Notes under the pieces: model-generated
The model's input: only the letters and a program-made list of their open reading frames with translations
What the model was told of the DNA's origin: nothing
Databases searched by the model: none
Virus record (IMG/VR): IMGVR_UViG_3300035670_000993
Location: 1 to 29,277 of that record
Length of the DNA stretch: 29,277 nt
Source of the DNA: a virus
Reading direction: 5' to 3' (one strand)
Shown: positions 7,121 to 14,443 of the stretch, piece after piece
How the letters are laid out: each line of letters begins with the position of its first letter
Numbering within the stretch: the stretch's first letter is position 1
Made by a program: the position numbers and the translations under genes

Positions 7121-8766
7121 TGGGAACTACTTTAACGGGGCTTACGCCCGCAACTACTTACGATGCGCTTATCAAGGTAGGTGACAACGGGCCGTTGAGT
7201 GCTACGGCTAAATATGTTGGCGATGGCTTGGGCAATGACTCGGTTGTTGCTTTGTCTACGAGTTCGGTGGGCATTGGCACTACGAGTCCCACGCAGTTGC
7301 TTCACGTTGCTGGTAATGTACGGATAACGGGTGCTTTGTATGATGGCAACAATGCTGCGGGTACGAGTGGTCAGATTTTGTCAAGCACGGGAACGGGGAC
7401 GGACTGGGTTAGCAAGAGTGATTTAAGTTTGGTAGATGGTAGCGGTACGGCAAACTATGTATCTAAATGGAGTGATACGGACACGCTGACCAATTCTATT
7501 ATTTACGATAATGGTAGTGCGGTTGGCATCGGCACGAGTTCGCCCAACAGGTTGCTCACAATAAAAAACTCGTCAGATGGAGCAAATGGTTTGTCGTTCC
7601 AATCTTACGCAAGTACAAGCGAATTAGGTTACATTCGTTACGAGCAGACAAACGACATTTTAGATATTGCAAATACTTCAGGTTTTGCATCGGGTGGACT
7701 AAAGTTTTCTACGAGCAATACCGAACGTATGCGCATCACCTCCGCAGGCAACGTAGGCATCGGTACGGCTTCGCCTGCTGCCAAGTTGCACGTTGATGGT
7801 GCATTTGGTACATCTTCTGGCGCATATATTTCTGGTTCAACATACGGAATGTTAGGCGTAAACAGAGGAGCCAGTAATGCAAGTGCTGGAGTTCAATATT
7901 ATAATATAGGTTCGCAAAAGTGGTTTGCTGGAATATATGAGAATACTGACAATTTTGGATTTTATTCAGTCGGAACCTCCAGTTTTCCAATGGTTATTGA
8001 ATATTCCACAGGCAACGTAGGCATCGGCACGAGTTCGCCTGCGGGCAATCTTCACATTGCTTCAGCAACAGATACGGGCATTCGCATTCAAGCAGGAGCA
8101 TCAAGTTTGAGTTATATTGATTTGGCTGACACGGCTTCGGGAGCGCCTGCGGGAAGTATTGCCTACAACCATATTGTAGATGCTTTAACCTTTGCAACAG
8201 GAGGTTCAAATACCGAGCGTATGCGTATCACCACCACAGGCAACGTAGGCATCGGCACTTCCAGTCCTGCTTCAAAACTTGACGTTAATGGCGACATAGC
8301 CACATCGGGCGATATCATACTAACAGGAGCAAAGGGCATCTATTTTGACAATGCTGGTTCTAAATATCTTGATGACTACGAGGTGGGGACTTGGACTATG
8401 GGTGTTACATTTGGTGGTGAGTCTACGGGTGTGACATACAATTTTAATTCGGGAACATACACGAAAATTGGACGTCAAGTTACGGTAAATGGACTTGTGC
8501 AATTATCAAATAAAGGAAGTTCTACGGGTGGTGTTAGAATTACAGGATTACCTTTTAATGTTGCTAATACAAATGGTAATTATTCGCAATCTTCTTTGCG
8601 TGTTAAAAATATCTCTTTTTTAAATGCGTATCAAGGCTATGCCGAAATAAACACAACAACTATTGTTTTGGAGCAGGTTACAAATTTAGGAGTTGTTACT
8701 GCAATCACAGATACTGATTTCGTAAACAATAGTGAAATGATTATATCATTGACATACTTCGTATAA
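7120..8766 (+). CDS. Tail fibre / receptor-binding protein
   Basis: 548 aa with five copies of a (TERMRIT)xGNVGIGTxSPxxxLHV repeat. The C-terminal domain begins LDDYEVGTWTMGV and includes YTKIGRQVTV and ITGLPF, a motif set I associate with phage fibre receptor-binding domains. Confidence 0.85.
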   Translation: MGTTLTGLTPATTYDALIKVGDNGPLSATAKYVGDGLGNDSVVALSTSSVGIGTTSPTQLLHVAGNVRITGALYDGNNAAGTSGQILSSTGTGTDWVSKSDLSLVDGSGTANYVSKWSDTDTLTNSIIYDNGSAVGIGTSSPNRLLTIKNSSDGANGLSFQSYASTSELGYIRYEQTNDILDIANTSGFASGGLKFSTSNTERMRITSAGNVGIGTASPAAKLHVDGAFGTSSGAYISGSTYGMLGVNRGASNASAGVQYYNIGSQKWFAGIYENTDNFGFYSVGTSSFPMVIEYSTGNVGIGTSSPAGNLHIASATDTGIRIQAGASSLSYIDLADTASGAPAGSIAYNHIVDALTFATGGSNTERMRITTTGNVGIGTSSPASKLDVNGDIATSGDIILTGAKGIYFDNAGSKYLDDYEVGTWTMGVTFGGESTGVTYNFNSGTYTKIGRQVTVNGLVQLSNKGSSTGGVRITGLPFNVANTNGNYSQSSLRVKNISFLNAYQGYAEINTTTIVLEQVTNLGVVTAITDTDFVNNSEMIISLTYFV

Positions 8767-8785
8767 AAAAATAAAACTAAACAAA

Positions 8786-9142
8786 ATGATTGAAGAAGTA
8801 ATCTACATCAGCGCATTCAACGTCAAGTTAGACGGAACAATTGAAGTACGCAAGACCACCGATGTAACCAAAGACGGAGCCGTAATTGCTTCATCTTATT
8901 GGCGCACGGTACTCCAAGTCAACGACCCTGCTGCCGATGAGGTATTGGGTGTTGATGGCTACTACCGCACTTTGGCTAACGATGCTTGGGCGATGATTCC
9001 CGCACCAGTGGTGGAAGAGGTCGCTGAAGAGCCTGTTGCAGAGGAGCCTGTTGAGGAGGTCGTTGCAGAAGAGCCTACAGAGGAACCAACATCCGAGCCA
9101 GTAGAAGTGCAACCAACTGAAGAAGGCGAGTTATCTTTGTAG
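8786..9142 (+). CDS. Hypothetical protein with acidic Pro/Glu-repeat C-terminal tail
   Basis: 118-aa ORF after the fibre gene. The C-terminus is VVEEVAEEPVAEEPVEEVVAEEPTEEPTSEPVEVQPTEEGE. Confidence 0.55.
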   Translation: MIEEVIYISAFNVKLDGTIEVRKTTDVTKDGAVIASSYWRTVLQVNDPAADEVLGVDGYYRTLANDAWAMIPAPVVEEVAEEPVAEEPVEEVVAEEPTEEPTSEPVEVQPTEEGELSL

Positions 9143-9144
9143 GT

Positions 9145-9279
9145 ATGGAAAACTTACAAGCCCGCCTCGACCAGCTAAAAGCGCAAGAAGCTCAAGTGCT
9201 GATGCAACTAGATGAAATTCGTGTACTAATATCAGCATACGAGAACACCATTAAAGAAAATGACAAAGGAGTCGGCTGA
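9145..9279 (+). CDS. 44-aa coiled-coil peptide (hypothetical)
   Basis: Hand-translated: MENLQARLDQLKAQEAQVLMQLDEIRVLISAYENTIKENDKGVG*. It starts 3 nt after the previous stop and overlaps the next ORF by 20 nt. Confidence 0.3.
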   Translation: MENLQARLDQLKAQEAQVLMQLDEIRVLISAYENTIKENDKGVG

Positions 9280-9430
9280 TAGTGTAATCACCTCTTGGTC
9301 GCTTACTGGAGCAGGGTTGCTCGTAGGCTACGTTCATCAAGCTCTTGGACTTTTAGTCCTTGTAGCGTCCCTTGCTTACACTTTATGGAAGTGGCGCAGA
9401 GATTGGCTGAAGGAGAAAAATGCTAATTGA
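9260..9430 (+). CDS. Holin-like small membrane protein (56 aa)
   Basis: Hand-translated: MTKESADSVITSWSLTGAGLLVGYVHQALGLLVLVASLAYTLWKWRRDWLKEKNAN*. It has two hydrophobic segments and a basic C-terminal tail, and lies just upstream of the endolysin. Confidence 0.5.
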   Translation: MTKESADSVITSWSLTGAGLLVGYVHQALGLLVLVASLAYTLWKWRRDWLKEKNAN

Positions 9431-9608
9431 GCGTTTATTTCGTAACCCGAAAACCACATTGCTTGGGCTGATTCTTATCAGCCTTTGCTTTTTGTTAGTG
9501 TTTTTGGAGAAGGCATCCCTCACCGAAGTGTCCACCTTTATGGTTGGAGCATTCGCTTTGTTATTTCTAAAAGACCCCAAAGATGAAAAAGCAACAGGCG
9601 GTAAGTAG
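9420..9608 (+). CDS. Holin/antiholin-like small membrane protein (62 aa)
   Basis: Two predicted TM segments (TTLLGLILISLCFLLVFL, VSTFMVGAFALLFL) and a charged C-terminus (KDPKDEKATGGK). It overlaps the preceding membrane-protein ORF by 11 nt. Confidence 0.5.
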   Translation: MLIERLFRNPKTTLLGLILISLCFLLVFLEKASLTEVSTFMVGAFALLFLKDPKDEKATGGK

Positions 9609-9707
9609 GCACGTCAGCAAAAGCAAGAAGCGAGGCAAGCATTCAAAGAGTGCAAGCAGCAACAAGGCAAGCAAGAACTACAAGAAACCCTACGCAAGTC
9701 AAGGGCG

Positions 9708-10121
9708 ATGAGAGAGCTTAAACGAATCATACTGCATTGCACCGCTACGCCCGAAGGCCGTCACGTTAGCGTTGACACCATCCGCAAGTGGCACGTCAAG
9801 GACAGAGGGTGGAAGGACATCGGCTATCACTATGTCATCTACTTGGATGGCTCGGTACACGAAGGCCGACCCATTGAGCAGTCGGGAGCGCACACAAGCG
9901 GTCACAACAAAGATTCTATCGGAATCGTTTACGTTGGTGGGTGTGATAAAAATATGAAGGCAAAGGACACTTTGAACGAAGCACAAGAGGTGGCGATGGT
10001 TAATTTGATACAGGCATTGCGAGCAACACACGGAGAAATGACCCTACACGGCCACAACGAGTTTGCTGCAAAGGCTTGCCCTTCGTTCAACGTCAAAACC
10101 AAATTCCATTGGCTTCTTTAG
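9708..10121 (+). CDS. N-acetylmuramoyl-L-alanine amidase endolysin (Amidase_2 / T7-lysozyme type)
   Basis: It aligns by eye with T7 gp3.5: IILHCTAT, IRKWHVKDRGWKDIGYHYVIYLDGSVHEGR, GAHTSGHNKDSIGIVYVGG, HGHNEFAAKACPSF. Confidence 0.95.
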   Translation: MRELKRIILHCTATPEGRHVSVDTIRKWHVKDRGWKDIGYHYVIYLDGSVHEGRPIEQSGAHTSGHNKDSIGIVYVGGCDKNMKAKDTLNEAQEVAMVNLIQALRATHGEMTLHGHNEFAAKACPSFNVKTKFHWLL

Positions 10122-10145
10122 AGGACTTCATCAACGATTTAGAAA

Positions 10146-10544
10146 ATGCTCAACAACCGACTTGCAACATTGACAATCCTAACGAGTGTACTTCTTGCGG
10201 CAGTTAGCGGATGCCGTACTGCTCAACCTATCCTAGAGAGTGTGATTGTGAAGGACACGGTGATTGTCACCGAAACAAAGTACCTCATAGACACGCTGGA
10301 GGTGATGAAAGACACCGTGATTTACCAAGACAAGGTTCGCCTTCAGCTTCAGTACATCGACCGAAAGGTCGTGGTTGAGGCTGCTTGTGAGCCTGATACC
10401 ATCCGCATCACTCAAACCAAGATTGTTGCGAAGCAAGAGCCGAAGGTCAAGAATTGGACTTTGGAATCGTACTTGGGAGCTTTGGCTTTCATCTTGACGA
10501 TTGTCTACCTGCTTAAGCGTTGGGTTGACAAGATAACGGAATAA
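10146..10544 (+). CDS. Unimolecular-spanin-like lipoprotein with C-terminal transmembrane anchor
   Basis: The N-terminal signal has a lipobox (LLAAVSG|C). The C-terminal hydrophobic helix is LGALAFILTIVYLLKRW. At 132 aa and directly downstream of the endolysin, it has the same architecture as phage T1 gp11. Confidence 0.55.
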   Translation: MLNNRLATLTILTSVLLAAVSGCRTAQPILESVIVKDTVIVTETKYLIDTLEVMKDTVIYQDKVRLQLQYIDRKVVVEAACEPDTIRITQTKIVAKQEPKVKNWTLESYLGALAFILTIVYLLKRWVDKITE

Positions 10545-10896
10545 GCCCGTAGAGGGCATTTATATGCGTTCTAATACACTTTCTACGCAAAGTGGGATGG
10601 TTGTATGGTTGGGCATATAATAATTCGTTAGAGGCGAGATTCTTCTTTTTTCTTTACTTGGTTTCTTTTTTCGTTCAAGTATTTGGTAAGTTGATATTAT
10701 ACTTGAGAGTTGATATTACTTGAGTTAATATATACCTTCAGGTATATTATAACTTACTTAACTAAGTTAACTTGTAAAAAAAACAAATAAAATTTTAATT
10801 ACGCAAGTACCTATGCTAATTTATAGTGATTCTAAATAATGAATGACCATATCTACATCTACTGGGATGACTTACCTTTGAGCAAACCAACAGGAA
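10545..10896. promoter_or_regulatory. AT-rich non-coding control region (candidate early promoter/operator and/or origin)
   Basis: Largest non-coding stretch in the genome, between the lysis and early modules. It contains tandem direct repeats, a 7-bp-arm hairpin (ATATACC-ttca-GGTATAT, 10730-10747), a 10-bp perfect palindrome (AAGTTAACTT, 10764-10773), polypyrimidine runs and an A8 run. Confidence 0.6.
10689..10724. repeat. Tandem direct repeat AGTTGATATTA(TA)CTTGAG x2
   Basis: 10689-10707 agttgatattatacttgag is followed immediately by 10708-10724 agttgatattacttgag. The copies are identical except for a 2-nt TA indel. Confidence 0.85.
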
Positions 10897-11181
10897 ATGA
10901 GCAAGACACCAAGCTACTACATCGGAAAGACTCGTGGCATCGAGGCGAAAGACGTGGTGATGGACTTCCAACCTGACAACTACAATCTAGGTACGGCACT
11001 CACCTACCTGATGCGAGCAGGAAAGAAGCCCAACAACCCAATCACCCAAGACATCCGCAAGGCTATCGCACACCTTGAGTTTGAATTAGAACGCCAAATC
11101 CACCTACAATCACAAGATGAGCAACGAGCAACAAGCACAACAAATGAGGGAGTCAATGTCAACTATGCAGTATTATACTAA
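10897..11181 (+). CDS. DUF3310-family phage protein
   Basis: YYIGKTRGIEAKDVVMDF...YNLGTALTYLMRAGKKPNNPITQDIRKAIAHLEFEL matches the DUF3310 signature as I recall it (IE..DVI..F, lG.a.KYl.RaG.K, eDl.KA..yL). Confidence 0.7.
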   Translation: MSKTPSYYIGKTRGIEAKDVVMDFQPDNYNLGTALTYLMRAGKKPNNPITQDIRKAIAHLEFELERQIHLQSQDEQRATSTTNEGVNVNYAVLY

Positions 11182-11365
11182 CCCTGCCAAACGCAGGAAG
11201 ATTGACTTCATCCTTGCGGAGTGTGCTTCCCTGTTCGCAAACTGCGATAGCACGTATGCTGCTCGACAACAGGCGAAATACAAAGAGCAAGAGCTGCTCG
11301 CTCAGATTGCCAAGCTCGACTACCACTTCGCCATTCAATGCGGGTACCTGCAACAGGAGAGCTGA
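11117..11365 (+). CDS. Hypothetical early protein (start uncertain)
   Basis: 82-aa ORF. The 11117 ATG is preceded by ACAATCACAAG, a degenerate copy of the early leader motif. Alternative in-frame ATGs are at 11144, 11156 and 11165. It overlaps both neighbours. Confidence 0.45.
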   Translation: MSNEQQAQQMRESMSTMQYYTNPAKRRKIDFILAECASLFANCDSTYAARQQAKYKEQELLAQIAKLDYHFAIQCGYLQQES

Positions 11366-11724
11366 AATCCTACCACGTAGTAGTGGGCAAGGTTCCGAGC
11401 CTAAATGCATTTTATGCATCAAAGCATTGGACGGTACGAGCAAAGGCAAAGGACAAGCATTGCGCTGAAGTCTTGGAACAACTGCAAGAGTACGACTGTG
11501 TACCCATCCAGCACGTCTACATCACCTGCAAGGTCAATTACCGCTACGACATAGACAATTCAATTATGGCGGTGAAGTTTGCCCTTGATGCGTTCCGCAA
11601 ATGGGGAGGGGTAAAGGATGACTCAAGAGCCTACGTTCGCAAGCTGAAGATGGAACATGACCCCGACATCCATCCCGATACCGCAGAAATTATCTTTCAA
11701 GGTTTGGTGGTTTCACAAACTTGA
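11338..11724 (+). CDS. rusA: RusA-like Holliday junction resolvase
   Basis: VPSLNAFYASKHW resembles the RusA PPSNNRYY region. YRYDIDNSIMAVKFALDAFRKWGGVKDDSRAYV resembles RusA [28 protein letters not shown]. Size is 128 aa. Confidence 0.65.
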   Translation: MRVPATGELKSYHVVVGKVPSLNAFYASKHWTVRAKAKDKHCAEVLEQLQEYDCVPIQHVYITCKVNYRYDIDNSIMAVKFALDAFRKWGGVKDDSRAYVRKLKMEHDPDIHPDTAEIIFQGLVVSQT

Positions 11725-11733
11725 GTATATTTG
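11703..11733 (+). promoter_or_regulatory. Bacteroidota-type promoter (-33 TTTG, 19-nt spacer, -7 TATATTTG)
   Basis: TTTG at 11703-11706 and TATATTTG at 11726-11733 match the TAnnTTTG -7 consensus of Bacteroidota sigma-A promoters. The leader motif and ATG 11759 follow. Confidence 0.5.
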
Positions 11734-11758
11734 TAGTGTCAAACTTAAAACCAATCAG

Positions 11759-11899
11759 ATGACATTCTCACTTTCTCAAGAAACATACACCCAAACGGTT
11801 GTAGCGCAACAAGCGCAAATCCAAGCACTACAAAGCAAGATAGATGAGCTACAAGCTCGAATCGAAGTTTTGGAGCAGCAAGCAATTCTATTTATTTAA
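11759..11899 (+). CDS. 46-aa Gln-rich coiled-coil protein
   Basis: The ATG at 11759 is directly preceded by TTAAAACCAATCAG: MTFSLSQETYTQTVVAQQAQIQALQSKIDELQARIEVLEQQAILFI*. The track ORF 11657..11899 starts upstream, overlaps the rusA-like gene and spans the promoter, so it is trimmed here. Confidence 0.5.
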   Translation: MTFSLSQETYTQTVVAQQAQIQALQSKIDELQARIEVLEQQAILFI

Positions 11900-11913
11900 A
11901 ACCAATCTTTACA

Positions 11914-12348
11914 ATGGCTAAAATTATTTCTATCACCCCCACAGGACAGTGGCAGGATTTGTACAAATTAGAAATCCGTTTCGACAATGGGGATTTCGGA
12001 ACAGCATTTGCAAAATCACAAACCCCATCCTACTCCGTAGGCGATGAGGTAGAGTACACCAAGAACGAAAAGGGTACTATCAAAATCCAACGCCCAAACA
12101 ATTTCGGTGGCGGATTTGGCGGAGGCAGCACTCCAAGCTACTCAGCAGCACCTAAGACCGATGACCGTTCTGCGAGCATCATTCGTCAGGTTGCCCTGAA
12201 GGCAGCAGTTGAGTACGCTTGTGCAGCAGGTCACGATGTGAATACCATCTTGGCAAACGCATCAACATTCAATGAGTGGATGAACGGAAAACAATCAGCC
12301 GCCACTCATCAAGAGCATTTTGCTTCACGCAACGAGAGTCCGTTCTGA
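11914..12348 (+). CDS. Putative OB-fold/ssDNA-binding-like protein with Gly-rich linker
   Basis: 144 aa. The beta-rich N-domain is followed by the NNFGGGFGGGS linker and a helical C-domain. The extreme C-terminus ends in ...ESPF, reminiscent of SSB C-terminal tips ending in PF. It sits in the replication module. Function is an inference only. Confidence 0.3.
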   Translation: MAKIISITPTGQWQDLYKLEIRFDNGDFGTAFAKSQTPSYSVGDEVEYTKNEKGTIKIQRPNNFGGGFGGGSTPSYSAAPKTDDRSASIIRQVALKAAVEYACAAGHDVNTILANASTFNEWMNGKQSAATHQEHFASRNESPF

Positions 12349-12373
12349 TTGGTTTCTTCGGACGTTGCGCAAG

Positions 12374-12397
12374 AGCCTCCTTCGGGAGGCTTTTTTA
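12374..12397 (+). terminator. Rho-independent terminator
   Basis: AGCCTCC-TTCG-GGAGGCT perfect 7-bp stem with TTCG tetraloop followed by a T-run (TTTTTTAT). Confidence 0.9.
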
Positions 12398-12412
12398 TTT
12401 GGAAAACTTTTC

Positions 12413-12420
12413 TATATTTG
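12413..12420 (+). promoter_or_regulatory. -7 promoter element TATATTTG (Bacteroidota type)
   Basis: An exact TAnnTTTG match lies 4 nt upstream of ACCAATCAGAAT-ATG (helicase start) and just after the terminator. The only upstream TTTG is 11 nt away, so the -33 element is unclear. Confidence 0.45.
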
Positions 12421-12436
12421 TCAGACCAATCAGAAT

Positions 12437-13369
12437 ATGAAACATCCCGACTTACTTCCAAACGAATCTTCGTTACCATACCTTCAGCGAGCGTTGAAGG
12501 GTAAATACTTTGACACAGGCAAACTCGGTGTCTACGAACTTGACGAGTACATCCGCTTTAAGGATGGTGAGTTTATCGTAGTCACAGGCCACGCCAACGT
12601 GGGCAAGACACACACCTTGATGTACCTAATGCTTCTTCAGTCCTACAATCAAGGAAAGAAGTGGCTCATTTACTCAGCAGAGAACGAAGTGCCAAGCCTC
12701 AAGCGCAAGCTCATTGAGTTTATGGTATGCAAACCCATACAAGGAATTGATGAGTTAATGATGCATAGAAAGCTTGACTGGATAAATGAGTACTTCCAGT
12801 TCATTGACGGCAACAGGCTATTCAACGCCTTTGCTCTGCTTGAGGTAATGGAATCCATCAAAAACGAATGGGGCTACACAGGTGCTTTGATTGACCCCTA
12901 CAACTCGCTCAGCACCGACCAAAAGAAATTAGGCAAGACAGGTATGCACGAGTACCACTACGAGGTAGCATCAGCTCTTCGGGTGTTTGCTCATAAGAAT
13001 GCAATCACCACTATTGTAAGTACCCACCCTGTATCTGAAGCTCAAAGGCGGGTACACTACAAAGGACACCCATACGAAGGACACCCGATGCCTCCAATGG
13101 CATCAGATATTGAAGGAGGGGGCAAGTGGCAAAACCGTGCTGATTCTGTAATCGTATTTCACAGGTACTCTGCTCACGACACGGATTGGATTTACACCCA
13201 CGTCCACGTGCGTAAAGTCAAAGAGATGGAGACGGGAGGTCGTGTTACGCCATTAGACACACCCCTTGTTTTACAGTCCATAATTGGTAACGTTGGATTT
13301 AAGATGAATGGGCGTAACTTGCTTGGCATAAAAGAAGACCAAACCCCCTCTGCCGATGTACCCTTCTGA
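12437..13369 (+). CDS. DnaB-like replicative helicase (RecA-fold C-terminal domain only)
   Basis: Walker A VTGHANVGKTH, Walker B-like ALIDPYNSL, and ASDIEGGGKWQNRADSVIVFHR resembling the DnaB SG.IEQDAD motif. The start is moved to ATG 12437 (leader motif and promoter upstream). The track ORF start at 12320 would span the terminator. Confidence 0.75.
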   Translation: MKHPDLLPNESSLPYLQRALKGKYFDTGKLGVYELDEYIRFKDGEFIVVTGHANVGKTHTLMYLMLLQSYNQGKKWLIYSAENEVPSLKRKLIEFMVCKPIQGIDELMMHRKLDWINEYFQFIDGNRLFNAFALLEVMESIKNEWGYTGALIDPYNSLSTDQKKLGKTGMHEYHYEVASALRVFAHKNAITTIVSTHPVSEAQRRVHYKGHPYEGHPMPPMASDIEGGGKWQNRADSVIVFHRYSAHDTDWIYTHVHVRKVKEMETGGRVTPLDTPLVLQSIIGNVGFKMNGRNLLGIKEDQTPSADVPF

Positions 13370-13667
13370 CGATTCCCACGACCTATACATTAGGGAAAAG
13401 CAACTGATGCTAGCAGGGACTGCGATGTTCCTTGCAAAGCAAGCAGCAGACAAAGCAAACGGCAGAGAGGTACAGGACGAGATGCTGCACCACGTGATGA
13501 ACTGCCACTACGCAGACTTGCTCTTGCAGCAGTTTATTGACTACCGCCAATTCATTGAAAGCAAGATGAACGAAGCGTACCTCGCCAACGCCAAGCTGCG
13601 GGTTGACAACGAGGAGATGCACTACGAGATTGAGAGGCTGCAAAAGATAATAGAGGAGAACCTATGA
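13356..13667 (+). CDS. Hypothetical helical/coiled-coil protein
   Basis: 103-aa ORF that overlaps the helicase stop by 14 nt. No recognised motifs. Confidence 0.5.
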   Translation: MYPSDDSHDLYIREKQLMLAGTAMFLAKQAADKANGREVQDEMLHHVMNCHYADLLLQQFIDYRQFIESKMNEAYLANAKLRVDNEEMHYEIERLQKIIEENL

Positions 13668-13894
13668 AGCAGATATTCTCACCCTTCCAGCAGTACGAGT
13701 GCTTTGAAGCAAAAGGCGAACAATACCTCGTGATTGACTACACCATCATTCAAGACAATGAAGACAAACTTGTTGAGTGGTGCAGTACGATGAACATAAA
13801 GCGGCTCAAAGACCATACGCATTATAGCTTACCAATGAGCCACATTTTAGAGAAATACAAACAAAACGAGCTTAAACCAATCAAGTGCAAATGA
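13664..13894 (+). CDS. Hypothetical protein
   Basis: 76-aa ORF with an ATGA overlap with the preceding gene. Confidence 0.5.
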   Translation: MKQIFSPFQQYECFEAKGEQYLVIDYTIIQDNEDKLVEWCSTMNIKRLKDHTHYSLPMSHILEKYKQNELKPIKCK

Positions 13895-14304
13895 GAGCTT
13901 TCGAACTACAAAAGATTCAGCAGAACTATTCAACCTTTATGACTCGCTTGGGTCTGTCGGACACCGACACCCGCAAACGTGAATACGTTTTAGCAAGAGG
14001 CGCATTCTCCAAAGCCTACCGCCAGCACGCAAGCCTCACGGAGATTGGTCACGTAATAGACAAAGACCATAGCAGCGTTGTACACGCCTTAAAAAGCCAC
14101 GAGGCACGTATGTTGTACAAGGACTACCGATGGGCTTATAAGATTGCCTGTGACATCCGTGACGGCAACCCGATTGAGGCTATTGAGAATGTGGATTTGA
14201 CTTCTTTACTGAACGAGATAAAACACCTCAACGATATGGTCACGGAGTTATCTAAATATAAAGAACTATATTTAACTCTGAAAAAGACATTCGATGAATT
14301 TTAA
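13885..14304 (+). CDS. DnaA domain IV-like helix-turn-helix DNA-binding protein
   Basis: RKREYVLARGAFSKAYRQHASLTEIGHVIDKDHSSVVHALKSHEARM resembles DnaA C-terminal R.r.i..aR....yl.....sl.eIG..f..rdHstV.ha. GTG 13885 is directly preceded by AAACCAATCAA. The alternative start ATG 13891 forms an ATGA overlap. Confidence 0.55.
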   Translation: MQMRAFELQKIQQNYSTFMTRLGLSDTDTRKREYVLARGAFSKAYRQHASLTEIGHVIDKDHSSVVHALKSHEARMLYKDYRWAYKIACDIRDGNPIEAIENVDLTSLLNEIKHLNDMVTELSKYKELYLTLKKTFDEF

Positions 14305-14443
14305 TGTTGGCATATACCCTGTTTATGGCTTCGTTCTTGGAGTAAACTGGTCGAAGACCGACTACCTCGAAGAAGAAGAAACCATCCAACAAATCCAAGT
14401 TGCTCTTGGAATCCTTATCTTAGAATTTAGTTGGAACTCCTGA
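14294..14443 (+). CDS. 49-aa hypothetical small hydrophobic protein
   Basis: Hand-translated: MNFNVGIYPVYGFVLGVNWSKTDYLEEEETIQQIQVALGILILEFSWNS*. It fills the gap between 14304 and 14431 and overlaps both neighbours by 11-13 nt. Confidence 0.35.
   Translation: MNFNVGIYPVYGFVLGVNWSKTDYLEEEETIQQIQVALGILILEFSWNS

Noticed and set aside
7270-8280. Regularly recurring ~20-45-bp DNA repeats that could superficially suggest a CRISPR-like array.
   Set aside because: They are in-frame coding repeats of the tail fibre (the GNVGIGT motif), with unequal spacing and imperfect identity. No CRISPR array is present in the window.
9583-9711. 42-aa extremely basic Lys/Ser-rich ORF (MKKQQAVSRHVSKSKKRGKHSKSASSNKASKNYKKPYASQGR) that fills the holin-amidase gap and is ATGA-coupled to the amidase start.
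   Set aside because: The sequence is low in complexity, arising from an AAG/AGC-rich stretch. It overlaps the 3' end of 9420..9608 out of frame, and there is no motif support. It is not called as a gene, although the ATGA coupling makes it worth a Ribo-seq check.
10839-10976. 45-aa ORF starting in the control region (MNDHIYIYWDDLPLSKPTG…) and running out of frame into the DUF3310 gene.
   Set aside because: Two-thirds of it overlaps a conserved-family gene in another frame, with an Arg/Gly-rich off-frame-like tail. The 10897 ATG has the leader-like motif.
12320-12436. N-terminal extensions of track ORFs: 12320 (helicase), 11657 (small coiled-coil), 16073 (acidic protein), 17775 (GT-B) and 19252 (methyltransferase).
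   Set aside because: The extensions run across terminators or promoters (12374-12420, 11703-11733) or overlap upstream genes extensively. Internal ATGs at 12437, 11759, 16109, 17823 and 19273 coincide with the leader motif or with ATGA-type coupling.
14305-14343. 13-codon ORF MLAYTLFMASFLE, TAATG-coupled to the DnaA-IV-like gene.
   Set aside because: It is too short. The overlapping 49-aa ORF 14294..14443 in another frame explains the gap better.
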